Part shown: one piece after another, positions 38,604-49,445 of the stretch
Layout: each line of letters opens with the position of its first letter
How positions within the stretch are numbered: the first letter of the stretch is position 1
Assembly (NCBI GenBank): GCA_904063045.1
Contig: CAJFCJ010000002.1
Coordinates: forward strand, 4,025,891-4,089,890
From: Dimorphilus gyrociliatus
Taxonomy: Eukaryota > Animalia > Annelida
Direction: 5' to 3'
DNA: 64,000 nucleotides
Position numbers and translations under genes: made by a program
The notes under the pieces: model-generated
The model's input: only the letters and a program-made list of their open reading frames with translations
Databases searched by the model: none
Told to the model about the DNA's origin: nothing

Positions 38604-41600
38604 TCAATACCATGTTTTACTTGCTATTGAGATATTGTTATTATAGTCTTTTAAAGCCAATAGAACTGAATGTTCATAATCTAATTTATGTTGTTTCTCT
38701 CTATCAGGATCGATGATGTCGTTGTTGGGAGAAATTCTAGACTTTGTCAAACGGCAGCCTTCCCAGCAACATTTAAAGAATTTTTTTATTAAGGAGTCAT
38801 AAACTAGACAAACAACCACAATGATTAGATGTAAAATGGCGTCAATGGTAAGAAATGTTATCCAATTCTGGTAAAAATCTTCATACTCAATAGCTATTCT
38901 TGCTCTTTGAACGGCTGTTAGCAATTCCGATTTCTTGTCAACTTTAGAATAAGAAGTTGAAAACTTCGCTATAATGAGATTAATCAATAAAATATTCATC
39001 AATATTAAATATATTCCAACAATGATACTCAGAATCCATTTCAAACTCAACGAATTTGAAGAATCGTTATCTATTTGATCGGTGTCGACTTCGCCAAAAA
39101 TTCTCCAAAATTGAAAACTATAGATGCGATAACTTACACGAAAGAAATTGTCATTGCGATCTGAATCAATTAAATTGCCAATTATTCCATGATAAGCTGT
39201 AGCAGTTGATGTCATAAGTATTAAAGCAATAGCCAGATATCTTCCAAGGTCTTTAAACATGGTAATCATCGTTCGAAGGGCGATACCCCATTGCTTAATA
39301 CCGTAGAAATACTTTAGAAATCTCAAATTAAGAAAAACAAAAATAAGACTGTAGAGTATCCTTATACTCAAGAATTCCTTAGATTCTATTATGAATCTAG
39401 CAGAGAGTAAACAAACTATACTAGAATAGTAAATAAGCATAAACAAAGAATATCTTCGCTTTACAACTAATATAATTGATTTCGGATAGACATGTTTACT
39501 TTTGGGATCCTTCAATGTTATATATCTTTTTACTTCGAGACACTTTTGAGAGAGTACTCCTACATCTTTAACTGATATTGAAAATATCCAAATCATAATT
39601 AAAAACTCTATAACACTTAATTGATCTTGTGAAAATGGCTTTAGTTTAAATAACAAGAGATATGCAAAGAGACATAAAAATCCGAAATGAGTTGCAAAAG
39701 AAACTATATATCTACACATTGGGGAGGTAATGTCAAATTTATTGCAGTCTTTCTGTATGAAACTTCGAGAGTTTTCCTTTCCCTTCCAAATCATTTTTAT
39801 TAATAGGGAAACTGATTTTTCACTGAATAACATCTCAGAATTGCAGGAAATGGCTATACGGAGAGTATTCGGTAAATTGCTTTCTTTAACTGTTAAAGGC
39901 GTAGAATTGAGAAGACAAAAAGCATCATCATAATATATTTGAAACATATTACGAAAGATTTCTTTACTTAAAAAGGCATATTTCTGCCAACTTTTCTTCA
40001 ATTGTTTAGATAAGAAAATATAGTTAAAGTCCAAGCATCTTTCTTCAAAGTATTTAAAAATCTCTGATATAATAATACAAACAAGAATAGGATTAATGTT
40101 TGATAAGAAGTAATCTAATAAAGCCACATTGTGAGATATACAAGCATAGAAAATAAAATTCCAAGTTAATTTCTTACTCACTTCATTCTCATCTGATTTT
40201 GAATCTACATTGTTCATAAGTTCAAAATGGATCATTGCACTTTTTCCAATAGTATTCGATAGAATATCATCAACGACCTCTTTAATATTATCATTCGATG
40301 ATGTGTTACAATTCAACAATTCAATAACGCTCGATGAAGAAAATGACAACATAACTTTCGAAAGTTTTAATTGATTGTACAATATATTTTTAAATTCTAT
40401 AAATTCTTCTGTTATTTGGTCATTATACTTTTCTTTCATATTTTTTAAAGATAATGATATATCTTCTAAATCCTTGCATTCTGAATTCTTTTTTTCTGAA
40501 TTCTTGCATTCTAAATTCTTTATCAACTCTTCATAATCGGGAATAAAATCCGAGCTATATTTGAGCTTCAAATCTTTCTCAAGTCTCCTAGTTATTTTTA
40601 TCTTATCAATCTTCTTACTAATTTTATCCTTAAGAAGCGAAGCAATGTTAGTGCGCATTTTAAAGAAATAGTTATATAAATCAGTAAAATGTATATTTTT
40701 AATAAAACAATCGATTGTCCTTTTCTGCGTACTTAGAAACTCCAATATATCACTTTCGTGGTTAAGAAAACAAAATTCAGAGAATGAATTATACCCTGTC
40801 ATCCATAGACCACAGCTTTTCAAGCAGTTGAAAAATTTCCTTATTTCCAAGATGTTGATATTTAACCATCTGCATTTTTCTTCAGTTAGATTAAAAAATA
40901 GGTTTTCTTTCGAAGCAAACTCTAAGTTTTCACTAATCCTTTTCTTCCAATAATCATTAAATTCTAAATGACCTAACTTTTCAGACCCTCTAAGTTCACT
41001 TAATATCTTATTGATTTCTTTCTCGCTCTTAGTATTTGTAAATATTTTGCATTTATTCAATTTCATTAAATGGTCTTTTTTTAATTTAGATCTTAATGCT
41101 TCGATCCAAACGCACAATTCACGAAATAACTCTGTACTTACATCAAAAGCGATGAATACTAAACTGAATAGGTTTTCTCTATGTTCCTTAATTATAGAAT
41201 ATTTAATTTGACATTTTTGAAAATATTTAAGGTATTCAAAATATGTGTTTATATCTGCAATAAGGGCAAAACTATTATGATTTCTCTGTAAATCGGTTTC
41301 GTCGCCATTTATTATTTCCTCATCATTTAATCCTTCTTTAAGTTTAATTTTACAATAATTAACTCCTGTATTATATATATGTTTACCATTTTCAAACATT
41401 GAGACGATTTTATTAGAGATAAAATATGGTCGATTATACCCTTTGGTTAAAAACCATGTTCTTGATTGGAATATATTCTTTAGAAATAAGCCTATTTCAT
41501 CAGGAATTTCATCAACAGCCATTAAACTATTACCAACAAATACGCAACTTTCAATCTCGTATCTCACATTTAAATGATATTTCTTAATCTGTTTGAAAAT

Positions 41601-41717
41601 TTTGCATATTTCCTCCTTCAATTTCACTTTGCACATTTCTGGAATGATATAACAATCTCTGACATAATAATCATATTCTTTAGACGGGTTTTTAAATCCT
41701 AACTTTATATGTTCCAT
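38604..41717 (-). CDS. Highly divergent TRPM-like cation channel B, 1037 aa, intronless CDS
   Basis: TWFLTKG, NFIFYACISHN, SPMCRYIVSF..HFGFLCLFAYLL, WGIALRTMITMFKDL, pore FWRIFGEV, S6 NILLINLIIAKF. It is colinear with channel A. Confidence 0.82.
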   Translation of the reverse strand: MEHIKLGFKNPSKEYDYYVRDCYIIPEMCKVKLKEEICKIFKQIKKYHLNVRYEIESCVFVGNSLMAVDEIPDEIGLFLKNIFQSRTWFLTKGYNRPYFISNKIVSMFENGKHIYNTGVNYCKIKLKEGLNDEEIINGDETDLQRNHNSFALIADINTYFEYLKYFQKCQIKYSIIKEHRENLFSLVFIAFDVSTELFRELCVWIEALRSKLKKDHLMKLNKCKIFTNTKSEKEINKILSELRGSEKLGHLEFNDYWKKRISENLEFASKENLFFNLTEEKCRWLNINILEIRKFFNCLKSCGLWMTGYNSFSEFCFLNHESDILEFLSTQKRTIDCFIKNIHFTDLYNYFFKMRTNIASLLKDKISKKIDKIKITRRLEKDLKLKYSSDFIPDYEELIKNLECKNSEKKNSECKDLEDISLSLKNMKEKYNDQITEEFIEFKNILYNQLKLSKVMLSFSSSSVIELLNCNTSSNDNIKEVVDDILSNTIGKSAMIHFELMNNVDSKSDENEVSKKLTWNFIFYACISHNVALLDYFLSNINPILVCIIISEIFKYFEERCLDFNYIFLSKQLKKSWQKYAFLSKEIFRNMFQIYYDDAFCLLNSTPLTVKESNLPNTLRIAISCNSEMLFSEKSVSLLIKMIWKGKENSRSFIQKDCNKFDITSPMCRYIVSFATHFGFLCLFAYLLLFKLKPFSQDQLSVIEFLIMIWIFSISVKDVGVLSQKCLEVKRYITLKDPKSKHVYPKSIILVVKRRYSLFMLIYYSSIVCLLSARFIIESKEFLSIRILYSLIFVFLNLRFLKYFYGIKQWGIALRTMITMFKDLGRYLAIALILMTSTATAYHGIIGNLIDSDRNDNFFRVSYRIYSFQFWRIFGEVDTDQIDNDSSNSLSLKWILSIIVGIYLILMNILLINLIIAKFSTSYSKVDKKSELLTAVQRARIAIEYEDFYQNWITFLTIDAILHLIIVVVCLVYDSLIKKFFKCCWEGCRLTKSRISPNNDIIDPDREKQHKLDYEHSVLLALKDYNNNISIASKTWY

Positions 41718-42419
41718 TTGTAACTTTTTATTATAAGTTTTACTTCCTTATTTCACTGAGTAGCTTCCTGTCCCTTAGAGCATTTTAGTATGATTTTACT
41801 TTCCTTACTTCTCTTTAATCAAACATGGCACTGAATGTCTTCGTAGGTATATGCATAAAACAAACATGTTAGCCTACTCTAATCAGTTTGTTTTCTAAAA
41901 TAGCTATTGTCAAAGGGTCGTTCTTCAATAGTTCAATCACGATTTTTTTTATTAAACTTCTTAGGATTTCTAGATCAATGACCTATTTAATTATCCATTG
42001 AACAATAAAATTAGCATTTCTTGAAAATCTACTTTCGGTTCCTTGCTTATATAGTAGTTAAAAATGGCCATTTTCTTCTTTAATATCTAACAAGTAAAAC
42101 CTCTAAATCTATGGATTAAATTAACTTTAATAAGAACATTGAAAATTATTATCTTTTATTCTTAATTAGATATTTATGTAGAAGTACAAAAACGTGAAAT
42201 TAGCAAATAATGATAAGTTATTTTGTATAGTACATAAAAAAATTATATACTGTACAGTGAATTATTTCGCCAAAAGATGGCAGCCGAGTCAAGCGGTACT
42301 ACAAAATAAGAATATGTTAAATTAAATGTAAGAGTTGAAAGAGAAACGGAGAGAGATAACATTGAATATCTTTCAAAGTAAGTAAGTAAGAGAGAGAGAG
42401 AGAGAGATAAAAAAATATC

Positions 42420-43337
42420 ATGTCTACGATATCTTTGCCTGCAACAATAATCCTTCAAACCCTTTTTATTTACGGAGTTATAGCAAATATCTTGGTTATA
42501 ATTTTATTTATCCGTCAAGATAAGTATACTTTCGACCAAAAAGTTTTCATTGTTAATGTCAATGTTGCCGATCTTCTAGGATTATTAGCTTCAGCATTTT
42601 TTCTGGCGATTACAACATTTATTAATCCATTGTTAAACGATTTTACATCATTTCTATGTATGGCTCTTGGCTATATAGTTCCAAGTATCTTTTCAGCATC
42701 TGCTATAAACTTTTGTCTTGTTGTCTTTCATCGATATATGCTGGTATCTAAACTTGGTCTTTATAAAAAAGTCTTTACGAGGGGCAATTGTTTGTTAATG
42801 ATTGGTGTTTCTTGGATTTTACCTTTTGGTATAAATGGTTTGGCTATTCTAACGAAATGGGGTAAAATTCAATATATTCGGGGTAAAAATTTATGCGTAT
42901 ACAATTATCCTCAATACATATCTTATACAATTGTAACGTTAATAACGTTTACAATAATTCCTGTATTGTTTGTCACTATTTCATACATATTTCTTTATAA
43001 AAAAGTTCGAAAACAAAGATCAAGAATCGATTGTCAAGCGAGTCATTCTACCAGTACAATGTCGGTAGAAACCAAATTTCTGAAAGACAAAAGGGAGCAG
43101 CGACTTTTGTTGCAATTAACATGTGTTACATTTCTATTTATGGTCTGTTGGATTCCAGGATCAACAGTTGGTCGATTTATTGGTTATGAGGAGGATTCTA
43201 CGAGTCAATTCGGAACGCTCTCATCAGCATTTTTGTGTCTTAATAGTATCGTAAATCCTTTTATATATATCATTCCTAACTCTGTAATTAGAACAGAACT
43301 AAAGAAGTTGTTCAGTTGTTGTCTAAGGAAGAAATAA
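42420..43337 (+). CDS. Orphan rhodopsin-class GPCR, 305 aa, intronless
   Basis: Seven hydrophobic segments, ANILV, VADL, HRY at the end of TM3, CWIP, NSIVNPFIY and a C-terminal CC. Confidence 0.88.
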   Translation: MSTISLPATIILQTLFIYGVIANILVIILFIRQDKYTFDQKVFIVNVNVADLLGLLASAFFLAITTFINPLLNDFTSFLCMALGYIVPSIFSASAINFCLVVFHRYMLVSKLGLYKKVFTRGNCLLMIGVSWILPFGINGLAILTKWGKIQYIRGKNLCVYNYPQYISYTIVTLITFTIIPVLFVTISYIFLYKKVRKQRSRIDCQASHSTSTMSVETKFLKDKREQRLLLQLTCVTFLFMVCWIPGSTVGRFIGYEEDSTSQFGTLSSAFLCLNSIVNPFIYIIPNSVIRTELKKLFSCCLRKK

Positions 43338-43715
43338 TAATCTTTTTAACGCCCTTGCACTCGTCATAAATAATAGATCTATAATTTACCCCCATTCATG
43401 TTCTCTTTCGTTATCTAATAATACATTTGATAAAATGTTTAACTGTTTAACATTTTTATTATTCAATTAAAATTATACAAAAAGAAAAGATAAAGATGAG
43501 AAAAAGTTTAATGTGAGCCGAAAGTTTATACACAAGAAACAGAGAGAGGGAGAAAAATGAGCTCGAATGTGAAAGGAAATTGTTTTAAGAAATTGTTTAC
43601 AGATGTCAAATTTCCTTTTGTATCCTTCAACACATTCATATAAAAAGTTTCTTTCATGTAAGCCGATTCAGGAAAAAGTTAGAGTTCAATATAAAAAATT
43701 ATTATATCATAAACA

Positions 43716-45650
43716 TTAACAAGAGTCAAGTTGACAATATTGCCATCTTCTCGTTCTCTTAGTTGTAAAGCACCACGGTCTAGAACGAAATCCTTTAGGA
43801 TTACGACAATAGTTATGGTTTCCTAATCCGTATTTCTTACTTTTAACGTAAGCTGATAATGTATGTTTATGAGGATAAAGCGAGGACCAGTGTTGGCAAT
43901 TAACACCATTTTCCGAATAATTTATCTTTCCCCTATAGGTTTCTCCTCGACCTCTCAAAGGTTTTTTACATTTTGCAGCCGTTTCACATATATAACCATA
44001 CCTAACTCCATCAGTTATAGTTGTCCATACGTAACGATCTTTAGCTTTTGTAAGAGCGTATACTAAAGTATTTCTCTTTGGTTGACCTTTGGTCCATTTT
44101 TGATATTTCATCGTGGAATGTTGACCATTATTTTTATACCATTTAAATTCTCTATTAAACCGATATCCACCTGTTCTAAATTTTCTTTCCTTCCTAAAAT
44201 TTTGTAATAGATGTGCCCTTATTCTATTATTTTCATCGTTGCTGTCAATTTGTAATAAATTCGAGTTTAGCCTCTTACACTGTCTCTTTGAATCCCAAAA
44301 GTTCTTATGCTCAGTTGAAAAAAAGTAACAGCCACTTGATAACCTTACGAAATTTTTTGGACAACTCGATTTAGCTGTAAATTTTTTCATATTTTTACTT
44401 TTAATAAAAATCCAGTTTATTTAAAACTTTTACTAACTTTGTACTTGTAAATTTAAGAGTTTTCTCTTGTTGCAACCATAAATATCATTCAATTGAGCAA
44501 TATCAAGATTCGACAAACCCTTTCTCTGACCAATCTTGAAATTGAATTCTTTACCAGGACCAATTACTTTAAGAGTTGGTTGAGCATTCTTGGAGAAGTA
44601 ATCTTCTCCGTAGTGCATAACACTTAGGTAATCGTAAGCATAACCTTTAGAATCTATAATACTTTCATTTGCTGTCCTCTTCTTAAACTGATCTTTTGCA
44701 AACGTTGCTATATTCTCTTTCACAACTTTTACATATTTATCTCTATCGTTTCTACTTTGTTCGTGCCAAAAACCAAGGGCGTGACCTGTCTCGTGAACAA
44801 TAGTTCCTAAATTTTCGCAACCAAAACCAATACTAAGAGCTTGGCCCGTTCCCTGTTTAGGAGCGGTTCTGCCAATAAATGACCAACAGCCAGCAGATAG
44901 CACATAATTGATATAGAATCTTTCCCTCGTTCTCTTCTTAAATCTGATACAGGTTTTCGCTTCGTAATGTTTTAAAGCTTTTAATATAGTAGCTTTAACA
45001 TTACTTCCTAAAGTAAAAGATATACTTTTTGAAAGGAAAAAGGGTATTATTTAATATAACGTTTATACCTAAATTTCCCTCTATTTTATAAGGGACAATA
45101 GCATTTGGCCACAATCTATGCGTTTTTACTATTCCTCTTCTATCCATGTCAAGACTGCGTTTAGATCCTCTAAATAAATTTTCAAATCTTTTCAATTTCA
45201 TTCTTAACCATAATTCTTTATCTAATACTATATCGCCTTCATAGAAGGGAGATTGACCTGTCCAAATAATAATAGATAGTCGAGATAAGAAAAAGACTAT
45301 TCAATTAGCGATCTAATATATTTATTACCAGGTTCATGTTGATTGTGACCCGATTGCTGAGGTCCACATAAGATTGGCGGGCAAATATCTGTAAATTTAT
45401 TAATAGCTATCAATAACAATTCATTACTCCTCAAATCTATATTACTTGTAATCAATACAAACAGAATAGCAGTATTGAAAACATCGTTGTTAATTAGCAA
45501 TAATAAAATGTAAGTATTCCTTTTATAAATATCTTGAAAATAGAGATACTTACTTAAATTCATTTGCCATTCTCTTCCAGTTGAGGCGGACCAGCAAGGA
45601 TGTGAGAAAAGAACTAACGATAGCAGATGATAGAATAAATAACCTTTCAT
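43716..45650 (-). CDS. Secreted astacin (M12A) metalloprotease with C-type-lectin-like and kringle domains, 524 aa. Exons 45650-45554, 45388-45329, 45257-45069, 45007-44438, 44374-43716.
   Basis: Signal peptide; prodomain FYEGDIVL; KR cleavage site; LWPNAIVPY; zinc motif HETGHALGFWHEQSRNDRD; Met-turn SVMHY; CTLD (CYFF...FWDSKRQC...YICE); kringle (YRG...CQHW...NYCRNP...PWCFT...WQYC). The exons sum to 1575 nt in frame and all introns are phase 1. Confidence 0.92.
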
Positions 45651-47345
45651 AACAAGCTTTTATGAATGATGTTCATTCGATTTATAGAAGGAAAAATTAA
45701 AATAATCAACAGTGAAAAATCTTCTTCCCTCTAAAAATCACCAATACATACTATTACGCAGAGAGGAAGCGTTCTATTCAAAAGTATTTATTGTTCATGG
45801 TGTTTGTAATTATTGGCCAATTCATAATTATTCACTTCAATCAATAGTTCATCTCTTGATTGCCTCATAAAATTGCTGACTTCGAAAATACAACAATCAT
45901 TTTCTGGATATTTCGTATTTTCTAGAATTTAAGGATTTCCGTAACACTGATAATTTATTAATAAGATCGTCACAGACTTTTGTTATTGAAATATTAATTA
46001 AGTACTTTATATATTTATTAATTATTTGTTTATAAACATTTTCGATAAGCGATTATATATTATATATAATTTGTCCCAACTACATTAATTAAACAAAGAT
46101 ATATAGCCAAATAAGAAGAGCAGGAGATAGAGAGGGAGATGAAACGAAATGTGTAGTTAAAAACAGACATGTTTAATTGTGCAGTATATCACTTTTCTCA
46201 ATTGAGTATGTCCTTAATCCCTCACAAACACATTTGCACATATTAACTGTTAGAGAAGTTCTGTAGTCGATTCGTGATATTTGAAAATATGATTAAAGGA
46301 GTAAAAAAAATATATGTTGACTGTTAACATGCATTTCTCTCTTCTTTTTCTTCTTCTTCTGTAGTTTAACTGATGAGAATTTTTTTTATTTTGATTATAC
46401 TTCGCAAAAAACTATAAAACGAATATTAAACTTTATTATACTTCTTTATTTCATTCTTCCAATTAATGTTTCTTTGTGCTAATGTTACATAAGAGATGGA
46501 AAGGTTAACAATCTTTCCTTGACATGTATTTTTTAATAATAAAAAGAAAATGGTTAAATGTCTATTTAGTGAAATAATTGTTCGATTTCGTATTTATTAA
46601 TGACTCTTCCGGACGGACTAATTAATACCGAAATCGCGAAAGGGAATCTTTATTTGATAATAAAGATAGATGGCGCTATTGGTAAATAGTTCAACAAGTG
46701 CAAAAGTTTCACGATAGACAAAATCACTTTTGTGCAGTTTATTTTATGTATTTAATTATAGATAGCTGGAAAAGATGAAAACAATTGGACAGCATAAAGA
46801 GAATATAAAAAGGAAAAATAGAAAAATATACGGGACAATTATACGCTTAAATAAGTTTTAAGTGGTGAAAAGGTAATAAAAAGGGGCGGGGCAAGGAATT
46901 TACAAATTCGTTTCCTTTTATATGTATTAAATGAATCATATATAATACGATTAAAGTCATTGAAAAATTGACATATAAAAATTTTTTAAAATAGATTGTC
47001 AAATATAACAATTTCCATGTAAAAACAGCAATAATGTACGGCAATAAAGAAAAAGTTTTAGGAGATAGTAAAAGTAGAAGTAGACTAGGAAAGTTTTCAA
47101 ATAAATCATAAAAAAAAACAAAAGGAAAATTGTTCACGTTGCAGTGTTTTCTTTTCTTGGAAGATATAATAATTAATTGGAACACCTTGAGATAAAATTT
47201 GTTCTAAATTGTCAAATAAATACGTTCTGTAAAAGTGATTAACCTCACTAACTATAATCTGTTTCTCTACGCATTAAATGCTAAACAGATTAACAAATAT
47301 ATAGTATATATATCTATACTTTTAAATTGCAGATTTATAGAAAAT

Positions 47346-48415
47346 TCAAGCTTCACTTCTTCTCCTTCTGCTGAAAATACAATCTATAAAACATAAAAAG
47401 AATTGAACAGGTAAGCAGTTGGTACAATATAACAATAGCATGTGGGTAACGATTAATCTGGTATACTTTTTCGAGTATCTAGCGTTCATACAATATCCAT
47501 AGAATGTATAGCCGAATAGACAAATTAGAGGATAGATAAAGTGTCCTATTTTAATCGGCATGCCACTAACAGCAACATCTACTGCTAAAACAAATTGAAT
47601 AGGCATAAAACAACCCATTAATCTATCGATACTTCTATACTGTATCGACCATAATCGTGTATCATACGATTCACTTTCAAAAAATGCTATAAACAAAAAT
47701 ATTGTTAATAATGTTGTTAGATTATATGAGCTTTGAACTAATATCCAAATAACTTTATCCCAAAAAGATGCTGGTTTGCTTGCTGAATAATTTAGTTGTC
47801 TCAAAGAATAGTAACCCGTTTTAGCTGCATAGAAAGTTTCTGCTGCAGCCAATAACAAAAGGATAAAGATACACAAATCATCTCGTCTTTCTCCTTCATT
47901 ATAAAAAATTGCAAGCATTGCGGCAGCATAAACAGCGAGTCCAAGACGCCAAAATACCCACAGACAGCAATAGTTCATGGGAGACTGTTAAAAAGCAGAA
48001 ATATGTTTTTTATAGTAAAGCAATAATTTTTTCTCCATTTTTCTATTGCCGCTAAATTCAACGGTTTTGATAATAGATATTAAATATATGATGGATTAAA
48101 GCATTGTGCAAAGAAGATAATCGAGCTTTTACACTTTTATTATAATAATCATAAAAAAGAATTTAAATAGTCTAAAACAAAAGTTTATTTATTGTATTTT
48201 TAAATATAGATATAAAAATGCATAACCTTGGTGAGTAAAGCGAAACTTACCCTATTCCACATAAGTTCAGACCAAGTTAACCCATTAAGTGAAAAAGTAC
48301 TACGTAGTCTTTCTAATATCAATATTCTATCACATGTTAATCTGTAGGAAAAAAGTTGACATGGAGGTTGCTCCGCTGCTACTTCTATAGTCAAAGAATG
48401 AGGAGATTCTGACAT
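47346..48415 (-). CDS. Multi-pass membrane protein, rolling stone-like (AIG1/FAR-17a-like clan), ~275 aa. Exons 48415-48227 and 47984-47346.
   Basis: A phase-0 GT-AG join links the two ORFs. It has several TM segments, and KVIWILVQSS and DVAVSGMPIKIGHFIYPL..FGY resemble motifs I recall from the Drosophila rolling stone family. The family call is from memory, not a search. Confidence 0.6.
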
Positions 48416-48660
48416 GATTTTAATTTAAATCTGCGAGCGATAATATGATATAATTTATATCGATTACAAAAATATCATATTCCAAGGTTTCGATGACAGT
48501 TTGTCCGCATTCTCACCGAATATCATTCATTATCAATTCAGTTTATGTAGAAAACGCCTTGTTCATAGCCGTCTTTTTATTATGTACTAAACAAAAACAA
48601 TAAATTAATGCGCCGGAAAATGGTACATATAGGATGACAGCAATTTTTTGCCCAAGCTAA

Positions 48661-48670
48661 CGCATGCGCA
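48661..48670. promoter_or_regulatory. NRF1/EWG-like motif (CGCATGCGCA) in a ~470-bp divergent intergenic region, with an ETS-like CCGGAA nearby (~48613)
   Basis: Motif matches in the short head-to-head interval between the rolling stone-like gene and the 48888 start codon. Confidence 0.35.
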
Positions 48671-48887
48671 TTTAGCATTTCAACTTAGTAACTAAGACGC
48701 GCCGCCAACTTTAATAACAACTTGGTGAAATTTTGCTAAAACTTCGAAATTGGTGGAAAAATCGTGGAAAAAGTAGCAATTTGGCGAAGTAATGGTGTAA
48801 ATATTTCGTTTAAGCTTTATAGCACTTTAATGAAGTATGATTTGGTCTGCAGAGTAAAAAAACGACCTTGAAGTAGCTCCACCAAAC

Positions 48888-49244
48888 ATGAGCAAAGCAG
48901 AAATTTACCGAAATAACTCAGAATTCACATTTAAACCAAAATTGAACAGTCAGAGTTATAAAATAATAGAGAAAATTGAATTGGATTTTATGGCTCGCCA
49001 AAAGCAACATATACAAAAACAAAAGAAAATGGTATATTATTTAGTTTATATTGATTAATGTATTCAATAAATAATTGCCATACATTTGAATAGATGGACA
49101 AAGAAGATAACGATTCTCAAACGGATACATCGAAGAGTCCTTCTCCCCCAGCAATAGGTTTGATTCTGTAGTTTAAATGTTAAAACTTATACTAATTATA
49201 CAAATATTAAATTGCCTCTCGAATCCATTAGTAACAATATTACC

Positions 49245-49293
<49 letters not shown>

Positions 49294-49445
49294 GATAGGT
49301 ATATATATTTATATATATAGCATATAGATTAATATATCATATAGCCTTTGTGTATCATGCAACAAGAGAGTAGTTAATTTTTTAATTTATAGATAAATCA
49401 ATAAAAACCACTACTGAAAATTTTCATGAAACATTTAAAGATTGA
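48888..49445 (+). CDS. Putative 86-aa short isoform or small protein. Exons 48888-49031, 49094-49157, 49393-49445.
   Basis: Good GT/AG sites and an open frame ([23 protein letters not shown]...ETFKD*). AATAAA at 49445-49450 overlaps the stop codon. Confidence 0.5.
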
